A stretch of 62,488 bases of DNA, the filler included. It is 4 parts of 4 records of this genome, joined end to end, with 100 filler letters (N's around TTAATTAATTAA, not from the genome) between each part and the next. Parts side by side here need not be neighbours in the genome. Positions count along the whole stretch, not along the records: positions 1 to 16,314 come from SRR22947725_504; positions 16,415 to 28,635 come from SRR22947725_512; 2 more parts are not named here. One strand, given 5' to 3'. Shown here one piece after another: positions 10,535 to 18,456 of the stretch. Position 1 is the first letter of the stretch. The number at the start of each line of letters is the position of its first letter. The position numbers were made by a program, and so were the translations under genes. The notes beneath the pieces are model-generated. The model worked only from the letters and a program-made list of their open reading frames with translations, did no database searches and was not told the origin of the DNA.

Positions 10535-11005
10535 CTATTGATTCTCTCGCCTAATTGAAACCGGTTGGTCTAAAATTTCCCTTAGCACAAAGGCACTTTT
10601 TAAGGATGCTTTTGAAGAAAGTTGTTTCTTGTAGGTGATTCGTTTTCTCGGTTCAACCTTACTCTCAGTAGAATCCCAAATAGAACCTGAAATGGAATCG
10701 TTCAGGGTAGAGTCAATAATTGACTCTATTTCAGGAGAAGCAGAAATAACAGGAAGTGGTGGTTTTTCAACTTCAGTAATTTTGAGAGAAGGTGCAGCTG
10801 GAAGGGGTGGGTCGGGCTCCGTTTTCTCTTCGGGTTGCTTTGTAACTTTTTGCCAAGCATCCTTGAGGGCATCTTCAAGTGAAGTATCTGATTCAATTTT
10901 CTTTTCAACCGAATCATCAGGTTCTTTTTTCTTAAAAATCTTACCGATCAACGATGCCAAGATTAACCCTACGATAAATAGGGTATCTAGGTTAATATCA
11001 GGCAT
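10535..11005 (-). CDS. Membrane-anchored hypothetical protein, positional analogue of B. subtilis YqfB
   Basis: N-terminal TM helix plus KKK, disordered Pro/Glu middle, C-terminal LKSAFVLREILDQPVSIR motif typical of genes following floA. Confidence 0.65.
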   Translation of the reverse strand: MPDINLDTLFIVGLILASLIGKIFKKKEPDDSVEKKIESDTSLEDALKDAWQKVTKQPEEKTEPDPPLPAAPSLKITEVEKPPLPVISASPEIESIIDSTLNDSISGSIWDSTESKVEPRKRITYKKQLSSKASLKSAFVLREILDQPVSIRRENQ

Positions 11006-11015
11006 ATTTTAGGAA

Positions 11016-12011
11016 TTAGTCTGTATCCTTAGAAATACTCGATCGCATGTCAGTATCAGCTTCCACATTTCGTAATCGATAGTAATCCATAACCCCTAAA
11101 TTACCACTACGAAAAGCTTCCGCCATTGCTAACGGTATTTGAGCTTCCGCTTCCACAAGTTTTGCCTGCATCTCCTGGACTTTTGCCACATTTTCTTGCT
11201 CCAATGCCACAGCAGCCGCACGACGGATTTCAGCATGTGCTTGGGCTACCTCTTTATCTGCGGCAGCTTGCGAGGAACGAAGTGCAGCTCCTCGGTTTTC
11301 CCCGAGATCCACATCTGCAATATCAATCGATAATATCTCGAAGGCAGTACCTTGATCTAAGCCTCGATCCAGTACTTTTTCTGTAATAGAGTTTGGATTC
11401 TCCAATACTACTTTATAATTTTCAGAAGAACCTATTGTGGATACAATACTTTCACCAACCCTAGCAATAACCGTCTCCTCCTGCGCACTCCCAACATAAC
11501 GATCTAAATTACTTCGAACGGTTACACGAGCTCTCACTTTTACTTGAATGCCATCCTTCGCAACGCCATCAATAGTATCTCTACCTTCGATCACACAATC
11601 AATTACCTTGGGGTTAATTGAAGTTCTGACAGCTTCCAAGACCGATTTCGAAGTTCCCCTGGTTGCCAAATCAATTGCACAGGCACGGTCCCAATTTAAA
11701 GTGATATTTGCCTTCGATGCCGCAATAAGCGACTGAACAGTTTGAACCACATTTCCCTCTGCTAAGTAGTGGGCTTCAAGTTGATCCGTAGTAAGGGGAA
11801 TACTTGCCTTAACCGCGGTTACTCTTGCATCGACAATTAATCCAACAGGTACACCCCTAAGGCGCATTGCAAGCAGGGTTGTAAACCCAACTGGAGCTTT
11901 TGCAAGAAGTGCCTTCAGCCAGGTACCGAAAAAGGAAATCATTATCAGTGCTATTACGAGACCGCCAATTAGAGCGATTCCGATTCCTATCCATATAATC
12001 ATGTCTGGCAT
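11016..12011 (-). CDS. floA: Flotillin-like protein FloA (YqfA/UPF0365)
   Basis: [78 protein letters not shown]. Confidence 0.95.
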   Translation of the reverse strand: MPDMIIWIGIGIALIGGLVIALIMISFFGTWLKALLAKAPVGFTTLLAMRLRGVPVGLIVDARVTAVKASIPLTTDQLEAHYLAEGNVVQTVQSLIAASKANITLNWDRACAIDLATRGTSKSVLEAVRTSINPKVIDCVIEGRDTIDGVAKDGIQVKVRARVTVRSNLDRYVGSAQEETVIARVGESIVSTIGSSENYKVVLENPNSITEKVLDRGLDQGTAFEILSIDIADVDLGENRGAALRSSQAAADKEVAQAHAEIRRAAAVALEQENVAKVQEMQAKLVEAEAQIPLAMAEAFRSGNLGVMDYYRLRNVEADTDMRSSISKDTD

Positions 12012-12068
12012 AATATTATTTGTGTTAAATTAGTTATTTAGTGAGTGAATTTGAAAGTGAGTTGAATA

Positions 12069-12542
12069 CTAGTTAATAAATCGTTTGATTCGAATGCGAA
12101 AGTCATCTCTTCCGGTTACAACAATTGATGTCCCTTTCGGTAAAAAACCGTCTTCGCAAAAAGCATCATAATTTTTCTGATTGAGCAAAGTTATTCCTTC
12201 CGGTTTGTGTTCTGTTAAAGTTTTTCCTTTTTGTCCAATTATCTCCTCTCCTGGTAATTCCTTATTGCTAACTCCATCTGTAGAACCGGAAAGAAAAAGG
12301 TTTTTACCCAGCCTACTTTTGGAAAGCCATTTAAATTCTATAAATACGATCAATAAACCGCCAAATGCCCCTAATATGAAGGTTAGCGTAGGTGCCAGCA
12401 AGCCACTGTATTCCAAATATGCGAAGTAAGATGCTAACCCGATGCAAAATGCTCCTGCAAGTCCCAGAATTCCTCCCGGCAAAAAACCTTCTACTAAAAT
12501 TAATATGTATCCAAATAACAGAGCTGTAAGAATAGATTCCAT
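12069..12542 (-). CDS. Short NfeD-like membrane protein (TM + C-terminal OB fold)
   Basis: EGFLPGGILG TM segment; IGQKGKTLTEHKPEG...YDAFCEDGFLPKGTSIVV OB-fold pattern; TGATG overlap with the upstream gene. Confidence 0.85.
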   Translation of the reverse strand: MESILTALLFGYILILVEGFLPGGILGLAGAFCIGLASYFAYLEYSGLLAPTLTFILGAFGGLLIVFIEFKWLSKSRLGKNLFLSGSTDGVSNKELPGEEIIGQKGKTLTEHKPEGITLLNQKNYDAFCEDGFLPKGTSIVVTGRDDFRIRIKRFIN

Positions 12543-14023
12543 CAGTTAATTTTTGTCACCGTTAATTCATAATCATTAAAACCGGTTACTTCTACAGAAG
12601 CACCCCTTTCGATCTTCCCTAGACTAGATCTTGCATCGTAACGAACTCCGCCAATCTCAACTTGTCCAGTTGGGAAAAGTTCGGAAACTGAACAGCCCCT
12701 ACTCCCATTTTTAATTTTTTCTTTACTGTCTATTGAATTTGTTTTGGACCCACTCAAATTCCCCACAGTCTCCGCTAATATTAATTGATTCCATATCGAG
12801 GTATGCGGAAGAATTCGGGAAAGGAGTAGACCTAAACCGAGCGCAATCGCAATCGCCAGAAAAAGATCCAAGAGGGGTTGTCGAAATAATTCAATGTTCC
12901 AAGAAAAGTCAGAATTGGGCCAAATGTCGACCATCGCCCATAAAATTGACCCGAAGATCATAAAGGTGCCTAAAACAGCGGGGAAAATTAAACCAGGAAA
13001 CAAAAAGAGTTCTATCACGACCAAAGATACTCCAATAAGAAAAAATATTATTTCTTCTTGTCCCGCTAAGCCTGAGACATATTTAGAGCCAAAGAAAATC
13101 AGTACAAAAATAATTCCAGCAACCCCAAAAAAACCGAAACCGGGTGTCTTGAATTCTATAAATAAACCCAGTAAACCAATTCCTATTATAATGGGTCCAA
13201 CCGAATTAAGCCATAAGCCTACATTCTCTGCCCAATTGATTTCCATTTTAATTAAGCGGTATTTTCCCTCGCCCCATTTTTCATCTAATAATTTATCAAT
13301 GCTTTCATAAATTCCGGTCCCCAAAAGAGGTTGTAGTGGGTCGCCGTATCCCTTAATTGCTTCTTCTGCAGTCAATGTTAGAAGCTCCCCCTCTTTTTGA
13401 ATCACAGAACCATCGGCAGCAAGTGGACGCTCACCTTCAATCAAAAGAGTTTCGTTCGAGTCCATCATCGAGGCCATGACTCGTGACCGATACCTATATT
13501 TTCCAGTGTAACTTCGAATTTTTGCTTTCAAATACGAATTTAATTTCCTCTTCATGGATGAATCGATATCAGCTCCTCCTCCACTCACGGCTTCTGCAGC
13601 ACCGATCTGGGCAAAGGGGGCAAAGGCAATTTCATTGGTAGCAATTGCAATGTAAGCTCCTGCAGAAATTGCTTCCCTGTTAACATAAGTAATGATTGGG
13701 CCATCAAATCGATCAAACGATTCAATGATCTCCTGCATAATTTCAAGAGTAACCCCGAGTTCTCCGCCCGGAGTGTCCATATCAATCACCACAATATCTG
13801 CATTTGCTTTAATCGCGTTTTTAAGCCCTCTTCTCAAAATATCTAATATTGGAGATCCGATTTGATCCCGAATGGGAATTTGAAAAGCAATCTTTTCGGA
13901 AGTAAGGGTGCTGGAATTTGTTTCTAACCATTCAGGTTGGCTTTCTTCTGAGTCCACCCCTAGCAAACATGAGAATGTGATCGCAAAACAACAAAAGGTA
14001 ATTAATTTTTGGTATGTAAGCAT
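12542..14023 (-). CDS. nfeD: Long NfeD (YqeZ-like) membrane-bound ClpP-class serine protease
   Basis: DMDTPGG, AISAGAYIA (catalytic Ser), IGAA, IEFKTPGFG and a C-terminal OB fold. Confidence 0.88.
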   Translation of the reverse strand: MLTYQKLITFCCFAITFSCLLGVDSEESQPEWLETNSSTLTSEKIAFQIPIRDQIGSPILDILRRGLKNAIKANADIVVIDMDTPGGELGVTLEIMQEIIESFDRFDGPIITYVNREAISAGAYIAIATNEIAFAPFAQIGAAEAVSGGGADIDSSMKRKLNSYLKAKIRSYTGKYRYRSRVMASMMDSNETLLIEGERPLAADGSVIQKEGELLTLTAEEAIKGYGDPLQPLLGTGIYESIDKLLDEKWGEGKYRLIKMEINWAENVGLWLNSVGPIIIGIGLLGLFIEFKTPGFGFFGVAGIIFVLIFFGSKYVSGLAGQEEIIFFLIGVSLVVIELFLFPGLIFPAVLGTFMIFGSILWAMVDIWPNSDFSWNIELFRQPLLDLFLAIAIALGLGLLLSRILPHTSIWNQLILAETVGNLSGSKTNSIDSKEKIKNGSRGCSVSELFPTGQVEIGGVRYDARSSLGKIERGASVEVTGFNDYELTVTKIN

Positions 14024-14106
14024 GTAATTATTCTAAAGTTTAAAAAGCTTATGCTGTTTACACAAATATATTGCACTAAGTTCAAAGAACGGGCAATTGA
14101 TATCTT

Positions 14107-15018
14107 ATGGAAAGTGTTATTTACCAAAACCAAGAAATTAAGCGATGGGATGTGGGCCCATCTACTTTTCTTGCCTTACCTGAAAAGGGAGCACGTCTTT
14201 TAAACTGGCACATTAATATGAGCGATGGTTCCGTTCGCGATATTATCCATTGGCCAGAAGAGAATAATTCAACAAACTTTGAACAAACCCACGGAGGAAT
14301 CCCCATTCTATTTCCCTTTGCAGGAAAATGTTATGATGCCGGTAATGAAGATCATTGGAGGTCTGGGCAAAACTCACTCCCCATGCCCATGCATGGCTTT
14401 GCTCGTAGCTCAGATTTTCGAGTTCGTTCGATGGATCAACACGGATTTGAAGTTGAGCTTAAACCGTCCGATGCAACAAGAGAATGCTATCCTTTTGATT
14501 TCACTTTCACGGTGATTTATCATTTTCTTGAATTATCTCTGCAAATTAGCCTTGTTCTAGAAAATGAAGGTCGTGAACCAGTTCCATGGTCTGCCGGGTT
14601 ACATCCATATTTTCAAATACCTTGGCGCAAAGATTTACGAATGGAAGATCATCAAGTTCAAATTGATGCAAAACAAGTCTTTCAATACCAAACCGGAGGA
14701 ACAATGAAGAAAATTCCCGTATCCAAAGAAATTTCTAGTATGGAAGATCCCAATTTGATTAATCGAGTTCATTACGAATTAAAAAAACCGGTGGCGGAAA
14801 TATCTCTCCTCAATCAAGAAGAACCCATTAAAATCTCCGAAGTTGGCGGTGCAGAAAGTGGCTCACGACTTACCTTTGTTACATGGACTAAAGAGAAAGC
14901 TCCTTATTATTGCGTTGAACCATGGATGTCTCCTCCCAATTCCCCAGAAAATAAAACAGTTCGTCATGTTCCCCCTGGAGGAAGAGATGAATTTACAATC
15001 GAAATTGAATTAGCCTAG
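14107..15018 (+). CDS. Aldose 1-epimerase / galactose mutarotase-like protein
   Basis: GGIPILFPFAG, MHGFAR, GLHPYF, CVEPW. Confidence 0.88.
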   Translation: MESVIYQNQEIKRWDVGPSTFLALPEKGARLLNWHINMSDGSVRDIIHWPEENNSTNFEQTHGGIPILFPFAGKCYDAGNEDHWRSGQNSLPMPMHGFARSSDFRVRSMDQHGFEVELKPSDATRECYPFDFTFTVIYHFLELSLQISLVLENEGREPVPWSAGLHPYFQIPWRKDLRMEDHQVQIDAKQVFQYQTGGTMKKIPVSKEISSMEDPNLINRVHYELKKPVAEISLLNQEEPIKISEVGGAESGSRLTFVTWTKEKAPYYCVEPWMSPPNSPENKTVRHVPPGGRDEFTIEIELA

Positions 15019-15033
15019 AAGCGGTGAAAACGA

Positions 15034-15807
15034 TTAATTTTGGGTAGCAGATAATACCCCGTCCCACAGTTTTATTCTGGCCTCTAAACTTGATTCGACT
15101 TCAAGGATTACCTCCTTTTCTTTTTGTTCGCTTTCTGTACATAAATCATCAAGTAATCGGAGTGCCATTGGCCCGTGATGTTCCCCATCTAAGTGGGCAT
15201 GCCTTTCAAGATAATAATGAAACACTGGCGCTTCTTCTGCGGATATATTTGTCTTCTCAAGTATGCGCTTAAACATTATTGGCACAATACTCTCTCGACC
15301 GATCGCGAAAGAAGCTCCTATTTCATGCCCCTTTCCTCGATTTATTAAATCAAAAGTGTAACCCATAAATTCCCTGGATGGTTCAGGTACAAGATTAAAA
15401 TTTAACGCTTTTTCAATTCCATCCGAACGGACTTGGTCGAGAAAAGAATCGATAATATTTGTGGAGGCTCCCACTTCTTTCATCGCCTCTAAGTAAATTT
15501 CAAAATGACTACTGTAGGATTCTCCCTTACTACCATAAGATTGATCGGACTCCTCTTCCATCACGATTTCGTTAATAAAGCGAACCACATTACCATTCGG
15601 GTTAGGAATCCAAGGAGAACCATGCGGTACATAAATCTCCTGAAGTTTTTTCAACAGGGACATAAAATCCCAAACCGCAAATACATGGTGCTCCATAAAC
15701 AACTTTAACTCAGAAAGTGTGTTCAAATTAGTAAACACTTGATGGGATTCTAGCTTTTTAGAAAGGGGGTCAACGGTAGTAAGATTCATAGGTAGAATTT
15801 TATTCAA
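15034..15807 (-). CDS. DUF3050 family protein (heme-oxygenase-like fold)
   Basis: HHVFAVWDFMSLLK.LQ, RFINEIV..EESD, SHFEIYLEAM, YYLERH..LDG.HHGP. Confidence 0.85.
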   Translation of the reverse strand: MNKILPMNLTTVDPLSKKLESHQVFTNLNTLSELKLFMEHHVFAVWDFMSLLKKLQEIYVPHGSPWIPNPNGNVVRFINEIVMEEESDQSYGSKGESYSSHFEIYLEAMKEVGASTNIIDSFLDQVRSDGIEKALNFNLVPEPSREFMGYTFDLINRGKGHEIGASFAIGRESIVPIMFKRILEKTNISAEEAPVFHYYLERHAHLDGEHHGPMALRLLDDLCTESEQKEKEVILEVESSLEARIKLWDGVLSATQN

Positions 15808-15843
15808 TAAATTAAATTATTCAAAGTAAGAATTTCTAAAAAC

Positions 15844-15918
15844 TGGCGCTCCCGCTGGGAGTCGAACCCAGATCTTCGGTTCCGGAGACCAATGTTCTAT
15901 CCATTGAACTACAGGAGC
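15844..15918 (-). tRNA. tRNA-Arg(CCG), CCA encoded
   Basis: Reverse complement GCTCCTG-TAGTTCAATGGATAGAAC-A-TTGGT CT CCG GA ACCGA-AGAT-CTGGG TTCGACT CCCAG-CGGGAGC-G-CCA folds as a cloverleaf. Confidence 0.97.
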
Positions 15919-15929
15919 TACAATCCTTA

Positions 15930-15959
15930 TCCTTAACGAAAATACGGGTATTCGGTCAA
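15930..15959 (-). promoter_or_regulatory. Possible sigma70 promoter of the tRNA
   Basis: TTGACC (15959-15954), then a 17-18 nt spacer and a weak -10 (TAAGGA), just upstream of the tRNA 5' end. Confidence 0.3.
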
Positions 15960-16146
15960 TCGGTTAAATTTTATAGCTCGCTCTTAATCCAACTTAAACT
16001 TTTAAAACATAATTATCTCATGCATTTTAAATTTGAGCTAAGTTATAAAACACCGTTCAACTCGACTTTGAGTTATAAATTAATTTCAATTCTTTAGAAT
16101 GCTACGAATTGATCTTGCTTGCAGGCTTCTACTTCTTATCAGTTGG

Positions 16147-16314
16147 ATGATGTCCAATTCAAATTTGCCTAACATCGGGATAATTATGGGAAGCCAATCA
16201 GATTGGCCCACAATGGAAAATTCCGCCAATATACTTAAAAAATTTGGGGTTTCATTTGAAGCAAAAATCGTAAGTGCTCACCGTACTCCGGATCTTCTTT
16301 TCGAATATGCAAAA
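16147..16314 (+). CDS. purE: N5-carboxyaminoimidazole ribonucleotide mutase, 5' part (cut by contig end)
   Basis: [20 protein letters not shown]. Confidence 0.93.
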
Positions 16315-16414
16315 NNNNNNNNNNNNNNNNNNNNNNNNNNNNNNNNNNNNNNNNNNNNTTAATTAATTAANNNNNNNNNNNNNNNNNNNNNNNNNNNNNN
16401 NNNNNNNNNNNNNN
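16315..16414. other. Artificial contig spacer
   Basis: 44 N + TTAATTAATTAA (stops in all six frames) + 44 N; GC and gene style change abruptly across it. Confidence 0.99.
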
Positions 16415-17450
16415 CCGCACCCGTACCCAGCACACTCTGGACTTTTTTCGGCGGCTCAAAGGTCGGGTCAAAGGTTTCCCTCGTGTAGATCAGCCCATGC
16501 ACGCACAGTGCGCCGAGGGCGCCCATGCCGAGTCCAATCGCCCCGTACTGCACGCCTTTCAGGAGGAGCGTCGCTAAACGAGCCTTCACCGTGAACGGGG
16601 CCTTGCCCACAGGCGACACCTGGAACACGTGCGCGGGCAGTAGGTTGAGTTTGAGCCGGGCGCGGAGGCTGCCGGTCACGGGCGGGGGTCTCGTGGTGCT
16701 GGGAGCCAGCAAATATACCAGGCCAAAATCGCTCAGGAGCGATATCGCCAAGTGGCAGAACGTAAACTCCAGTTCCCGCCAGAACCGCTCCTTCCTCGCC
16801 GCCAGGTTTGCCCCGGTGATTATCGCCGCATCAAGCCCACATTCAATCAACAGCTTGGTGCCAAAATAAGGATCGGCCTCTAACCGGCCGCGAACGCCCC
16901 GAAGGAGCAGGGCAAGCGGCCCCAGCCTCCTTCCTCTGCTGGGCGGCTCTCCGTCCCCCCACCGCCGCTGCCCGTCGTCGTTCCTCGGCGGGCCACCAGA
17001 TCCGCCCTGTCCATCGTCCGTGGCGGGCGCGATAGCTCCATGGTCCGACGCGGGTTGGGCCTGCGTCGCCAGCGTGCTCGCCATCACCGACCCTTTCGTC
17101 AGGGTATCCGCGTTGTGCAAGCTTGCCCCGCTCACCCCGGAAGTCTGGGAGAACATCATGGAAGGTGGTTGCGAGGAGTGCGCTGAATGACCCTGAGAAG
17201 GGCCCTGAGACGCACCCTGGTGACCATGAGAAGCGCTGTGCTCCCAGTTGCCACCCACGGGGGCTTCGCAGGACACCGTCTCCCTCGTCCGCTTCCTGCG
17301 ATGCTCCGACCGGCTCCCGTGCCGCGGCCGATTCTGGAACTGGCCCTTAAGGTGTCTTCCATGACCCCGCTGGGGCCCGGCCGCGTGCCCGACGACCGTG
17401 GACGCCACGGAATGCCCACAGACCGCAGTCGCACACAACACTGCACTCAT
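16415..17450 (-). CDS. RETICULATA-RELATED (DUF3411) chloroplast inner-envelope protein, 3'-truncated
   Basis: Transit-peptide-like N-terminus ending ..TVSCEA; Gly-rich GGSGGPPRNDDG; RLEADPYFGTKLLIECGLD, RKERFWRELEF, DFGLVYLLAP, LPAHVFQ, RETFDPTF. Confidence 0.88.
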
Positions 17451-17451
17451 A

Positions 17452-17926
17452 TTACCTCGCCGCCTGCTGCTTGGTCGTATGCTGGATCTCCGACTGTTCA
17501 GCTTCGCGAAGCACCTTGACGACGGTCTGCTCGTCCACCCGCTGCTGCTTCTTGTTCACCTTTTGTCCCTTGGTCAAACCACTGAACCCCCACTTGGGCA
17601 ACCACGCACGTCCCCCGGTCGTTTTCTTGACTACCAGAAGGAGCTGCGAGGAGAGCCGACGATGGACGCGATCAGTGAGCGAATGGGCGGGGTTGGCGAA
17701 TAGGGAGAATGCAGCGAGCGAGGCAAGCGGGCCAACGACGAGACGAATCCACGACGGGAGGCGGCCATGATCCGCCATGCATGGCGCGACACGACAGCCT
17801 TGCACGTTCTTCGCCACGTAACTCCGCCGAATTATTCAATGATGTATAGTCGACTCGAGAACGTCCGGGATCGTTGACGGAAGACGCCAGTGATTTGTAA
17901 TGCGCACCTACCTGGCTGGCCTTCAT
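17452..17926 (-). CDS. Small two-exon gene (68 aa), probable mitochondrial ribosomal protein mL60/MRPL31-like; join(17926-17912, 17643-17452)
   Basis: ATG AAG GCC AGC CAG|GTAGGT donor and CTCTCCTCGCAG|CTC acceptor splice in phase 0. Product MKASQLLLVVKKTTGGRAWLPKWGFSGLTKGQKVNKKQQRVDEQTVVKVLREAE.. has the GG-x2-W-x3-W..QK pattern recalled for mL60. Confidence 0.6.
17644..17911 (-). other. Spliceosomal intron (268 nt) of the small gene
   Basis: GTAGGT...CTCAC/CTGAT branch-like...CTCTCCTCGCAG. Confidence 0.7.
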
Positions 17927-17982
17927 GAAATGGCGTGCTGAAGCGTCGCGAATCCTCTGCGCCGCTTTCTCCCTGGGTCAAC

Positions 17983-17993
17983 TATATATTATA
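17983..17993 (-). promoter_or_regulatory. TATA-like element, possibly shared by divergent genes
   Basis: TATAATATATA in an otherwise GC-rich context, ~57 nt upstream of ATG 17926. Confidence 0.5.
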
Positions 17994-18456
17994 CTTGGTT
18001 GGGCCGATGGACGTCGGCGCGAACGATGCTATGCGTTCACGGCAAGATTTCAACTCCGCTGACTAATTTTTGCGCCGGCGTGGAGGAAAATCGACACAAT
18101 TGAACGGATCCTGGACAATTGCGCCAGATTATAACGTGATGGACGACTGGAGACGAGTTCCCGCGGTCGAATTTTCAAAATTTTCAAAGCGTCTCAGTCT
18201 CTCGAGAGGCACAGCTCTGCCACTCTTTTTTCCTCCGTTGCGTCCGTGTATTGATTCAGTCGGTACGCGGTGGGCGTCGGAGGCTGTGTCGGAATAGAAG
18301 GGAGCGCGCGCGAGCGCAGCATCGTCGGCGAGGATCGATTCACGACCGAATCCGCCATGCCGTGTTCCCCCCCCGAGCGGTGGTCGAGGTGTCGAGGGTC
18401 CCGAAGAGGACCCGCTTGCCCTGTTCACGTCGCAAGCGCCGGGGCATGCGTGGATT

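Noticed and set aside
15844-15918. tRNA as an integration site for an island
   Set aside because: No integrase and no duplicated tRNA 3' end seen in the contig.
16359-16370. TTAATTAATTAA repeated three times in the window as a biological repeat or att site
   Set aside because: Always centred in 44+44 Ns; it is a six-frame-stop linker.
17590-17817. 121-aa ORF resembling mL46 (LTDRVHRRLSSQLLLVVKK)
   Set aside because: The part upstream of 17643 has branch-point/pyrimidine-tract/CAG features and is better explained as intron.
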